Source: Protoeuglena noctilucae (taxonomy: Eukaryota). From it: a DNA stretch of 64,000 nt. The notes below the pieces were generated by a model, which made no database searches, had not been told where the DNA came from, and saw only the letters and a list, made by a program, of their open reading frames with translations. The stretch lies in contig OY253679.1 of NCBI GenBank assembly GCA_958009085.1, positions 1 to 64,000 on the forward strand. Direction: 5' to 3'. Positions 26,001-37,900 of the stretch are shown here, piece by piece. How positions within the stretch are numbered: the first letter of the stretch is position 1; each line of letters begins with the position of its first letter. The translations under genes were made by a program, and so were the position numbers.

Positions 26001-29000
26001 TGCACTGTTGATTGATCCAGTGACCATGGTACTGTATCAATATAATCACTACAATCACCCATATTCCCCCATCGCAGGTCCCCTTTCGCGAGCCCGTGGA
26101 GCACCTGGCCTTCGTTTCTCCCAAAGAAATCATCGCCGTCATCGGGGCGTCCATCAATTCCATACATGTGTCCGAGAACGGTGAGGGTCGCGATGTAATC
26201 TTGTTATGGCTGTGTCGTTCGACATGTTCCTAGTAATGAAAGCAGGTATTCGACAGGAGAGTAGCACAATTTTTAGTAATAAGTGTTAGAAGAGAGCATC
26301 TGCAAGGCATATGTAGGAGAGATAGCACAGGCTCTGAAGCATGCATAGCATGATGATTCAATGCATTATCACCCCCCCTTCCTTTCCCCAGTGTGGGGCA
26401 AGTCGGTAGCCGCGGCAGAGGAGCGCGCCCGCAACGCCCAGGACAGCGGCGGCAACGACGGGGAATACGAGTACAGGTGACGATGATGATGAGAGTGCAT
26501 GTATTACTTGAAAGTTATTGATAATCTGACATTAAATGATACTTAATGATACTTATGTAATGTTATTTATTTTGTAGTAATATTAATTATTTTATTATTT
26601 CATATTAATTTCATATTCACATTATGTTATCTATATTCCCTCCCACCCATCGCAGGTACGCCATCGACTTTCCCGATGACGCGTACCTGCGTGCCGTGCA
26701 GCGCGTGGCGTACGTGACGGTCTTTGCGCCCGGGTCCCAGGAGCACCGGGAGCTGGTGCATCTGCTGGAGCAGGCGAGGGGATGGTGGATCATTATCGTG
26801 ATGTGCTGAGTGGGTAATGGAAAGCGGATGGTCATGTGCCGTGAGTATCATCGAAACTCGTGACCCGCCACTCTTCGTCATCTGCAATGCAGATCCGTGC
26901 GTCCGAGGAGCACGCCTTTGACATCGAGTATGCGCTGGAGATGATCGAGAAGGAAGTCAGGGCGCAGATGGAGGTGAGGGGGTGGTGGTGACTGATATTA
27001 TTGTATCTATTTGACGTTGATGGAGGTGAGGGGGTGTTTGTGGCCGGGTATCGCTTCGTCATTATCAAAGTGCATCCATACAATTATCTCCATAATGTTC
27101 ATCCATAATATAGATACACCACGATAAACTAAATATCCATCCCCCCACCCCTAAACATCCCCAGGTCCAGGCAGCCGTGGCATCCGACGCCTCCTCCTCC
27201 GACGACGGCGAATCGTCCAGCGGCGAGGGGTCGCAGGTTCGAAACCCGCCGAATCGCCATTCCTCGATTCCCCCGGGAACGCACCCAACGCAGCCGGGGC
27301 AGGGCCGGGGGCAACGCAGTCATCAGCGCAAGGGGTCAGTGACAGCAAAGAGCGACGGGGGGGCGATGAATGGGGCGATGGTTACTAGTCACACAAGCGG
27401 TTTAGATCGTGATAATGCTGACCATGCATCGTCGACCATCGGTCGTCGAGAGAGCAGGGCGTCGCGTGTGGGGAGTGGGAGTGTGGGGGCGGGAGGGGTA
27501 GCGAGGGGGGGCGTGGCTGAGGGCTCGCATCACACCACCACCACGTTTGCGGCTGCTTATGGGGGAGTGGCTGGGGGGAGTGGAGTAATGGGCAGTGGAG
27601 TGATTGGGGGAAGTATTGTAACTGCGGGTGGCTCCGTTGCGGGGCGGTCCGAGGGGCTTTCAGATGCAGGGATCAGCGTTGCGATTTCCAAAGGCCCTGA
27701 GTCGGTGGTGTCGAGCGATGGGCGGTCGCGGCTGGCAGCGGCGTCGGGGCTGCTGCCGGCGATTGGGGGGAGGGGGGGGCAGAGGGGGCAGGTGAGGGTG
27801 CGGGTGTGGGTGCGAGTGTGGGTGAACGGGCAGGTGATGCAAATGGCTGTATGTCGTTGTCTGAGGCAGGGTGAATGTAAAACAAGGTGCGCGCTGAACA
27901 GCCACAATTGTACAGCTATGGGTTCTAATTCCACATAGCAGAGTTACTTTTAAATTACTTTCAAATTACTTTAAATTACTTTTAATTGCAATTTCCTCAC
28001 CTGCAGAATGCCGGGGACGGTGCTGCCGCGGGTAACGGCGACAACCCCGATGCCTGGCGGATGCTGGCCAACAAGCTGGGGACCAGCACAGCGCGGAGCA
28101 TGCTGGGGCCCAACCGGGGTTCCTTCCGATCGGCACCGAAGAGGCGAGGGGCGATTTATGTGTCAATACAGGCGGGCTGCACTTGCAATGCACCCCTTTC
28201 TACTCCCAACACACAGCCTTGCGGTGGTGCCCGTAACCCACCCCCTGTATCCCACATACAACAACTTAATAACCCACTCCCTCCCCAACCCCCACCACAT
28301 CGCAGCGCTGTGGTGATCCCCCCCGAGGGCCGTGGCCTGACCCACGAGGACAACGCCAAGCAGCACCTGTCCAAGGGGATCATCATCCCACGCGCAGCAC
28401 ACGACCTGCTGCACACCAAGTGGTCAGCTGCACAGATCGACGCGCGTGAGTGGGGATAGGGGTGGTGGGGTGATGAGTGGGGTGGTAGATGGTGGGGTGA
28501 TGAGTGGGGTGGTGGGGTAGCAGCAGACGTGATACCCTGTGATATATAAATAGGTATCCATAATCGGTCAACCATCTCGTCCTCTCTCCGCAGTGGGGGG
28601 CACGTGGTTCGACGTTCTCAAGGCCACCACCTTCACTGTGACGGGGGAGATACCCATACCCAGGGGACTGGTGAGTATTGCTGAGGTGGTGATTCGTAGT
28701 TAAGTGTCTAATTGGAAAGGTGTTACCTGACGCGACTCGAACCTGCGATTTGTCGGGACGCAGGCGGACAAGGGCACCGGGGGCAAGCGCCGCAAGCGGC
28801 GGAGGCGCAAGGCGGACAAGGCGGCCCGGCTGGCGAGGGCAGCGGACGAGCTCACGGCCGCCGCTTACGTCAGCGACGCCGAGGTGAGAATGTTTATTAT
28901 GTATCACTAGTCGCTGTGCCGCGCGAATCGCTTTTCATGGTTGTTACTGCAGCAAACGTTCCTAACTGCACAAATACCGACGCGGGGATCGCTTTCTCGC

Positions 29001-29287
29001 CCGCGCAGGCCAAGATGGAGGCTCTGGGATTGAACGACTACGCGGGAGTGCTGGCGGGGATGCCCCGGGAGGCCCCGGCGGCTGCAGGGGAGGGCGCGGG
29101 CGCAGCTGCGGGTGCCAATGCAGGTGCGCCCGCGAACGCCAAGCGGCGCCGGCGGAGGCGGAGGCGGCGGCCGGTGGACGCGTGGAAGCTGCAGGAGAGG
29201 GAGAGGCAGCTGCGCGAGAAGATGAGCCGCATCCGATTCGTCCTCACCAGCATCACGCTGCCGCGCGCCGAAGACATCGGCATTTGA
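20040..29287 (+). CDS. Large multi-exon WD40-repeat protein, family not assigned
   Basis: WD repeats: VDTSVHLWD, HDLPITSLSFDEEAKHLATGSSDWTVRVWD, HRAPVTNVLWHPTSRVLLSSSEDGYLRMYD, AHASPVVQV..SLDRDNHVKIWG, HRSRVAAIAVSDALIASADMNGAVVVWD. The exon chain is co-oriented. It could be two genes. Confidence 0.8.
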
Positions 29288-29538
29288 AGCGAGAGACCTG
29301 CGGGGATTTGCGTGACTCGGTTGCACTGTTGTTGTTTGTTCTATTTGACGGATGATAACGCTATCTGATGGCAGCGTTAGTTCGCGGTGTGCTTGAACGC
29401 GTGACTGGCACGATGCGGCACGGGAAGTCTCGCACGGTGCGTTTACGTCCGCGCTTTCGTTGCTGTCGCTGCGATGTATGCTTGCAGTAGCTCGCTCACG
29501 CACAAGATATTTGGTAAAACTCGGCGTCAGGAGCTTGC

Positions 29539-31697
29539 ATGGGCGCCCCGTGCCGGTTGCGCTGCGCCGGGGCCATCCGCGCGCGGGGAGGCCGCAACTG
29601 TCCGCGCCTGCATCGTAAGGACCACTTATTGATCCATCAGTGGTCGCGATATTCCCGCGCGACCCCCGCACGCGCTGTTACCCGCGAAACTCCCCCAGCA
29701 GCCCAAGTCCGCGTCCTTTTCGCGGCCGGCGGGACCGGCGGCCACGTCTTTCCCGCAATCGCCGGTACGAGCTTGCATCCGCACAGCTTTCCGTGCCCAT
29801 CCGGGCCCGCGAACCGCAGAATCGACGCCGCGGGGCCTGTCTGCAACGCGATGCATCCCCGCACTTACTCCCCCGCAGTGGCGCAGGCGCTGCAGCGGCT
29901 CGCTCCCGGCGCAGTTCGAGTGGACTTTGTCGGTGGCGATCGCATCGAGAGATCCGCCGTCCCCAATGCGGGCTTCCCGTTCCACCGCGTCCCTGCCCCC
30001 GCCCTGCGCCGTCCCTGGCGTTCACTCTCCAACGCCCTCCTCCCCTTCCGCCTCGCCTGGGCTCTGATAAGGCGAGAAGAATGCATTGAGCATACGATAG
30101 GTTTGCGCAGGAGCGCATGTCTGGGGAGGTGCCTAAGAGCCGCAGAGCAGTGCTATCTATCTGTAACCGGTATCCATTCCATCTCCTTCTTCCCTCAGGT
30201 GCCTAGCCCTGTCTCTTCGCTTGCGCCCCGACGTGGTGGTCGGAACGGGCGGATTTCAGTCCTTTCCTGCTTGTGTAGTGGCCGCATTGTGTGGTGTGCC
30301 CGTCGCCATTATTGAGCCCAACGCCCTGCCCGGCCTGGCCAACCGGGTCCTGTCTCGCTTCGCCAAAGTGGCATTTCTGGCATTTCCGGCGGCCGAGGCG
30401 GGGCTGCATGGGCGGTGTGGGGTACGCGTGACGGGGTGCCCTGTGAGGGAGGAGGTGGCGGCGGTGGGGGTGGGATTGGGGGGGAGGAGTGAGGGGGTGG
30501 GGGGTGGCAGGTGGGGGTTGGGAAGGGGTGGGGGGTGAGGTGGGGTGAGGGTGGCAGGGATGCGGGGTGGTGGGGGAGGGTGGCAAGCCGTCAGTTTTTT
30601 GTTCCTCAGAGTAAGAGTGCATTTCATCCATTTAATTCTATTTCCTCTCCTCTGATCTCCCACAGTCCGCATATACTCGTGCTGGGTGGGTCTCTGGGCG
30701 CCCCACGGCTGACGGAGGCGGCGGCGGGGGCGATGAGGCGACTGCAACGTCGATACCCCGATTTGCGAGCCACGGTACAGACGGGGAGGGGAAGGGGGAG
30801 GGGTGGTTTGGGTGATTTGCAAGCATCAGTGCAGGCGGGGCAGGCGGAGGGGTGGTGCGTGAATGGGGCGGGAGAGGGCACAGGTGAGTGGGAAGGGTAG
30901 TGTTGTTTGGCGTGGGCAAAGAATGGCAGGTAATGATAAGATGCGACGTCGATGGCTTAACAACCCTTGTAACCCCCCTCTTGCGCGTGCAGGGGAGGTG
31001 ATGTTTGTGGAGTTTGTCGATGATGTGGCGGGGGCGCTGCGGAAGGCGAGCCTGGCCATTTGCAGGGCGGGGGCGGTGGCGTGTGCCGAGCTGGCGTGTG
31101 CGGGTGAGAGAGTGGTGGGTGGGGTGAGTGGGTGGGGTGAGTGGGTGGGGGTTCCAAAATGCAACAAGAAAGTGGGCATGTTTTCATCTCTACACTGCAA
31201 TACCTTTGCAGGCTGCCCGTCCATTCTCGTGCCCTCCCCTCACGTCACCGACAACCACCAAGACGCGAACGCGACTGCGATGGCATCGGCAGGGGCAGCG
31301 GTGGTGGTGAACGAGGGGCCTGGGATGGAGGATGCGTTGGTGGAGGTGTGCGGGGAGTTGCTGAGCGATCCTGGTGAGGAAAGCATTGATGAAATGACGT
31401 GTGCGTGGCTGGGTGCGGATGCGGGAGCGGTGTTGTGTGTGCGCAGATCGATGACTCATGCCCAATGACAGTCATGCTATCTTATCAACAGTCACTATAC
31501 TTATCACTCGCCTCTCTCACTCCCCCTCAGCCCGCCTCTCCGCCATGTCGCATCGTGCTCTGGCGGCCGCGCGGCCCAAAGCGGCGCTCGACATCGCGGA
31601 GGCGGTGCTGGAGATGGCGGGGCGGGAGACTGGCAGTCGGGGTAATACTGGTAATATCGGTGATCCTGGTGATTGGAGTGGTGTCGTTACGGCTTGA
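29539..31697 (+). CDS. murG: MurG (lipid I N-acetylglucosaminyltransferase, GT28), intron-containing, with an Arg/Ala-rich N-terminal extension
   Basis: AAGGTGGHVFPAIA, RPDVVVGTGGFQSFP, IEPNALPGLANR, LVLGGSLGA, QTG, EFVDD, CRAGA..AEL..G.PSILVPSPHVTDNHQDANA. Introns restore the frame. Confidence 0.95.
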
Positions 31698-31840
31698 AGC
31701 GCTTGGTATGTATTGCAGGAGATGGCGGGGTGGGAGACTGGCAAGCGTGGTAATGTTGGTGATCCTGGTGACTTGAGTGGGATCATGATGGCTTGGACTT
31801 GGTATGTACTGCTGCTGGAGATGGCAGGGAGGGAGTCTAC
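31608..31840 (+). repeat. ~100-bp degenerate tandem repeat (two and a partial copies) spanning the murG stop codon
   Basis: GGAGATGGCGGGG.GGGAGACTGGCA..GGTGATCCTGGTGA..CTTGGTATGTA recurs at ~31610 and ~31718, with a partial copy at ~31817. Confidence 0.85.
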
Positions 31841-32027
31841 GATTGTGATTGTGGTGATGCCCCACTCGGTGTTGCTTGACTCAGTACGACCCACAGCGCC
31901 ATTTCAAGAAGCACACAGGACCCCACGGCCCTATAACACAACCCCACGTTGCAAACATGTGCACGTCGAGAAAGGTTGTCAACGGGAAGTGCACCACCAC
32001 CACCCCGCCGCTCGCCAAAACGCCGTC

Positions 32028-33134
32028 TCAGCGCATGGCCGCGCCTTGCGTGGCCCCGAACTCTGGCATCTTTGGCGGGGCGTAGGGGTCGCCCTCTCCC
32101 CCCTCCCTCCTGTCGCGTCCCGCCCCCCCACCGCCGCCCCCACCGCCACTGCCACCCCCAAAAACAGACATCATGCCCCCAAACAGACCCTGCTTCTCCC
32201 CCTCTGGGCCAGCCTGCGAAGTCGGGAAGAGAGAGGAGCAAGACATGAAGAGGTTGGTCACGGAAGCAGTAACTTGACACTAACACACACAACCCCTCCC
32301 CCTCGCCGCTCCCTGGGGCACTCACCGCGGGCATGGGCTCCGGCATCGGGAGGCCCTGGGGCGGCGGGGCTGTTGCCCGGCCGATCATGACCCCCAGCCC
32401 CTCTATCATCGCCAGGATGACGCCCCCAAACACGGCCGACCCCAACGCCGCCCGCGGGCCGTTGCGGACCTGCGGGGAGAGGTCCGGGACCGCCGTGAGC
32501 AGCGCGCGATGCCGCGCAGTGATGTTTAGAAACAAAAGAGGCGTCTCCGGCGGCGATCGAGCGTCTCGCGCGGCGGGAGTCACCGAGAGAAGGCCGGACG
32601 TGGTGAAGCCCGAGAGGATCGCGTTCCAGGGGTCCTCCCTCCCTCGCGCCTTGATCAGCGCGCAATCGATCGTCGTGAACGTCATGCCCCACATCGCGAA
32701 CGACCCGGCCAGCCGCGGCGCGTGCGTCCGCACCCGCTGCGAGCGCGGGTGAGATGAGTCCCCGTGATGCGCCGCGAGAGGGGCGCTGGCGGGAGCATCG
32801 CGTGCGAGGCAAAGCGCGGACAGGTCCACCCGCTGCCGCGGCGGCGGAGGCGCCCGCGCAGCGAGGAGGCGGGGCCGGAGGGAGCCCCGCAGCAGGCCCG
32901 CGCTCGCTGGCGCGAACGGGCCCACAAAGCGCCTCCCCGGCCTGTCCACGGGCATGCGAGGGTCGCGGTCTCGAAGCTCACCTCGAAGGCGCCCCGGAAG
33001 CGCATCCCGCTCGGCGCGTTCTTCGCCCCCACCACGAAGTGCCAAATGGACCCGCCCGCCGCCCCCATCCCGAACGCAGTCCCAATGTCCTCCCAGATCC
33101 TTTCAGGGCACGGGGGCCTGCCGTCCCCCTTCAT
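32028..33134 (-). CDS. TIM17: Mitochondrial inner membrane translocase subunit Tim17, 4 exons
   Basis: RPPCPERIWEDIGTAFGMGAAGGSIWHF, APRLAGSFAMWG, DCALIKARGREDPWNAILSG and SAVFGGVILAMIEGLG. Confidence 0.95.
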
Positions 33135-33613
33135 GGCTGCTCCGGGGGAACGGGCGCCGGCGCGCGGGGGGTCCTCCACAGCCTAGGGACGCAATCGCGG
33201 GGCACCGGGGGATGCGACGGTGACGGGGACCGCTGTTGCGCACCACGCGAGTGATCGTCCGAGCGAGTGCGGCGGTGCCGCGGCGCAGGCGGCGGAGAAC
33301 ATCGTGACCGTCCCGCGAAACGCCAGACGAGAGGGTTTTTGATCCGAAACCCGGCAACGCTTTCTTACCAAGGGGAGGTGCGAGGAGTCGCAAGCGCACG
33401 GCAAGGCTCTGTCCGAAGAAGCGGAGGCGTCGCTATGCTCGGAGCTCTGCGTCTTCACTATTCAAGCGCAGTGCCACGCCGATGCGAGGCCAGAAGCACA
33501 CCTAGTCCCTGCTCCAAGGGTTCCGGCGGGCCGCGGCCGGGGCGGGATGGCGCCGATGCTCACCGCCAGGCCCCGCCCTGCGCAAGCACTGCCCGCGCTC
33601 AGCGATGGGACTG

Positions 33614-34240
33614 CTAGCCGTCCACGCGAGCGGCGCTGAGGAGGAAGGGTGTCGCCACCATGACGCGGAAATAGCAAGGCTGGGAATCGTACGAGGAGAG
33701 GGCCGCGCACGCGCTGCGCACCGTCTCGACGTCCTCCCTGGCCACCCGGACGACGAAATCCTCGCCTGGAGAGCACGACAGAAACAATATGATTCTCAGC
33801 GATGCGCATATGTGACATCAGATGGCCTGGCCATCTTGATTGGCTGCCTCGGACCACGCGACATCCCTCACCGCTGTGCACGAAGCCCATCCACGTGAGG
33901 CGCACGGCCCCTCCCGCTGCGCCGTGCAGGACGTTCAGCGCTTGGGCCAGCGCGTCGAGCATCGCGGCGGGGTCCCGTGTGGAGGACGCAGCCGAGGGGG
34001 CACGCTCCAGCCGCAGGCGCAGGTACACGTGGGGGCAGGGCAGGAAGGTAGTGCCCCAGCCGGGAGACTCAGGAGTCAGCTGCGATGTGCAGGGAAGGCC
34101 GCGGGTCGCTTGGCTCGTCGGGAAGGTCACGGCAACGTCGCGGCAATGTTCGGAAGAGCACACCCCGCGTGAGACATCTTGGCCACACATGAACGCACCT
34201 GCTGCGCAGCCGATGCTGTCTCGTTGTCAGGAATCTCCAT
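33614..34240 (-). CDS. RNase P/MRP subunit Rpp14/Pop8-like protein, 3 exons (34240-34199, 34079-33872, 33765-33614)
   Basis: The spliced product ..HVYLRLRLE..LAQALNVLHGAAGGAVRLTWMGF..FVVRVAREDVETVRSACAALSSYDSQPCYFRVMVATPFLL.. resembles the Rpp14/Pop5 fold pattern, recalled from human RPP14 (C-terminus ..SYKGKKCAFRVIQVSPFLL). GT-AG introns keep the frame. Confidence 0.75.
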
Positions 34241-34998
34241 GGCGCGCGGCGTGAGGTGCCGCAGCCGCGCCGGGACCTTGCAGGCATATACGCAAGGCCC
34301 AGGAAGTCGAATTGGGATTGCTAGTGGTGTTTCCGACCCATCCCTCGGGTGTGTGGATGACAAAGTTACGTACAGCTATCGCGGCGCGTCCCAGCGTGAG
34401 CCGGCTGGCGTTGTGGGGACCGTCCTGCGCGAACCGCCTTCGCCCGGCCCCGCCGCGCCGCGGGATCCTCCGGGACTCAGGCCCAGGCGGTCGGTCTTGG
34501 GGCGGTTTCAGCGACACGTGCATGTCTCCTGACAGCATCTCTTCTCGCAGCAAAACATCCAGCCTTTTGTCAGATGGCTCGTCCCGGCTCGTTTCGTGGC
34601 TTAGGTGGCCGTGCAGCTCCCAAGCGTCCTTAATTCTGCATGAGAGTTTCGTTGCGATCGTGTCTAGTTGCCGAAGCGGACGCATAGATAGAGAACCGCA
34701 CCAGCGCATGTCGGTCCTCGCCCCGCGACTGGACGACACGGGAGCGCGCGACGTGCAGTCAGGACTATTCTTCGAGGCGATGAATTGAGGGGCGCTGCTC
34801 CATAGGATTTGCGGGAGTCCCAGGTGAGCCTGCAGAGGGGCCGGTTTGGTGCGCGCAGGGGAGAACGAATTTCCCGGCTTGACCTGGCGGGCGCGGCCCT
34901 TCCGACCTGCTTGCCGAGAAGATGGCCTTAGCTTGAACTCCGCGCCCGGCCCGCGCGCGCCCCCGCAGGCGGGAGAGGTTCGCGGAGGGGGCGGGGAG

Positions 34999-37900
34999 AT
35001 GTCGGACCGAAAGGCCTCCCCCCTTCGGCGCGGGATCTACCTCCAGCCGGGTGAGCGTCGCGCGAGTCATCGCATATGCCACAGTAGATGACGCGGAGGG
35101 GACGAGCGACCCGCACGCGGCGCGGTGCGCGCGGCGGGTGCTCTCGGTCACCCGGCTTCGCTCTTCCGACCCCGCGCGCCTCTCCCGGCCCTCCGCAGGC
35201 GTCGGGACGCAGGCAGCGTTGAAGGTTTCGCTAGGCGGGACCGCGAAGGGCATCGATGGGCCGGGAAACAGCGAGGCGCACGTGAACGGTGAGTGCCGGG
35301 CTGGCGGGCCTGTGGGGCTTTGTCCGGAGGCGCAGCGGTGGTCCCCATCGCCTGCCGCACTGCAGCACCGTGCATGTGTGCGAGAAGCCACAGGAGCCAC
35401 GCAGCTAAGAGCCCACGCCCCGCACTCTCCAAGCTCAGTCGCCGCACATGCGGTGTTGGCCGCCCCTCATCTGGCTCAGCTGCGACTCCTTGCTTGACGT
35501 CCATGCATGTATTGCAGGTATCCAAGAACCAGCATCGACACTCATATCTACTAACACCATTACACTTCGTCCTGCCCGCAGGTCACGGCCCAGGCCATGC
35601 GGGGGGCAAGACGACGTTGGCGGCCTATGCCCGCCCCAACCTGGGTGCCAGCGCGGTGCTTCTGAAGCCGCACCCGGTGAAGGATGACGCGCGGGCGACG
35701 AGGGGCGACCTCCACGTCCCCAGGAGGCTCCCGGCGCTGCACTCCAGGCGAGCTCCCGACAGTTTCCTACGCTGTGCGCTTTTCCAGATGCCGGCGTTGC
35801 GGTGTGAGCTGCTGCTGCACCAGCGCTGTCCATCAGCCTCGTTTACCAGCATTGGTCACCACCCAACCCCACCATCACGCCACCCCCTCCCCGGCCTGAT
35901 CACCCCACCCTCCTCACCCCACCCCCTCTCCCCTCCCCACCCCCAGCACCTTCCACCCCGACGACTCTGGCGCCGCCGAGATGCCAGAATGGTACCCGTA
36001 CCTCAAGGCCCTCAAGGAGAACCCCTTTCGCCAGGAGTTCATCTACCTGACCCTCCGTGACCCGGACGCGGTCATCTACAAGCCCTATGACTTGAAGGTG
36101 GTCCCCCATGCGGACGTGGACCCTTCGCACTTCTACACCATGTCGGCGCAGGGCGTGACGCACGTGCTGGGGGGCGTGGCGGAGTTCGTGCCGCTGGAGA
36201 GATTCGAGCGGGAATTCCTCATCTTCACCAAGGTGTCGCACAAGACCATTTTCCGGTGAGGGGGGCGTGCGCAGGGATTGAACCCGCGACGTCGGGCTGT
36301 TAGTGTTGCGCTCCGCTGCTTTTGATGTACTGTGAAACCCCACTCAGCCGCTTTCTACCTACTCCCCTGTTTACACCGCATTGCCCCTTACACCGTGATC
36401 CCACCCAGCCACCCCGTGATTCCCTGTCACCCAGCACACCCCCACACATCCACCCCCCTCACCCACCCCACCCCCTCACCCCTCACCCCACCCCCAACCC
36501 TCTCACCCCCCCAGCCTCTTCCGCCTCTGGAAGGGCTTCGTGTGCTGGAAGAACTACGTGCGACGCAAGAAGAAGGCCAAAGCCACGCAGGCGCTCGAGA
36601 GCAACCTCTTCCACCTCAATCCCATATTCCAGCGCGCGCTGTTCGACATCCAGGGCCGGTGCGTGGAAGTAGCCGCGATGCACCTGCACGCGGTGGACGA
36701 GGCCAAGACGATGCCGTTGGGGGCGTTCCTGGAAAAGCAAGTGGAGCGGAGGGGCGAGTGCGGGACCAAGCTGGCGCAGTTCGGAAGGGACAACTGCAGC
36801 ACGGTGCAGCGGGCGTGCGGGGAGGCGTTAGACGCGCTGCAGCAGCGGCTGTTCGGGAGCGGAGCGGGCGGGGGGGAGGCGGGCGATGGGGGGAGGTTGG
36901 GTGCGACCGGTGGGGGCGGGGGGCGGTTGGGGGTGACGGGGGGTGGTGGGATGGGCGCTACGGGGAGGTTGGGTGCGACGGGGGGCGCCAAGCGGCGCGG
37001 CGGTGGCGGGGGCGGGGGTCACGGGGATGGGGAGGGCGGTGGTGGCGGTGGCATCGGTGGCGCCAACGGTGGGGTGGACGACGCGAGTCGGTCGTATGCC
37101 GTGACCGCCGCGAAGCGATCCGAGCAGCGCCGTTTGGCGAGTTTCATACGCCTGGTGGACTTCATGGTGCAAGAGACGTTGCGCGACTTGCTGCACGACT
37201 CAATGGCGGGGATGCTGACGGTGATGGCCAACCGGGAGCAGCAGGCGGCGGAATACGAGCGGACGAGGGTGCTGTACGAGGCTGCGATGAGGGCCAAGGA
37301 CGTGAGGGCGAGCGCGTCCAAGCGGTCGATGGCAAGGGGGGAGCCGGGGGGGGGGAAGAAGGGTGAGGGGTGGGGTTAAGTGGGGTGGGGGTGTGTGTGT
37401 TGGGTGGCGGTAGTGGGGTTGGTAGCGGGAGGGGGAAAAAGGGTGAAGGATGTTATGGGGTGGGGTGGGGTGGGGGGTGTGGGGCAGTTGTGGGGTGGTG
37501 GTAGTGGGGGTTTGCACTGGTGGGGTGATGGGGATGGGGAGAGCTGTGGGGGTTGAGAAGGGTGAGGGGTTGGCGCGTGAGGGAGGTGGGTGCCACGGAT
37601 GGGGAGTGCATGGCGATAATCAGCTGCAATAATGATAATGATGATAATGTTAGTTATGGTAGTATAGTAATACAAGTATAGTAATACAAGTCTCTGTACC
37701 ACCCCATTCTTTGTACGATTATAGTAGGTGTTATTACTATATTTACTCGTAAATAGTGATAATACTTGTATTTTTACCATTACTTATCACCCCGCCCCTC
37801 CCTTCTCCCACCCGCAGCCTCCAAGGTCAAGCTGGGGCCCTCCGGCCGCAGCGTGCTCACCCAGGCCGCCCTGGGGAGCTCCGTCACCAACCGTGGCGGC

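Noticed and set aside
27944..27986. (TTACTTTTAAA)-like short tandem repeat in a WD40 intron; similar 11-mer repeats at 56222-56270
   Set aside because: Ordinary slippage-type repeats with no further structure.
29539..31697. murG as bacterial contamination
   Set aside because: It has spliceosomal introns of the local style and is contiguous with eukaryotic genes.
34227..34788. 170-aa and 158-aa ORFs between the RPP14-like gene and dynein
   Set aside because: No motif, and they lie in the expected divergent promoter/UTR region.
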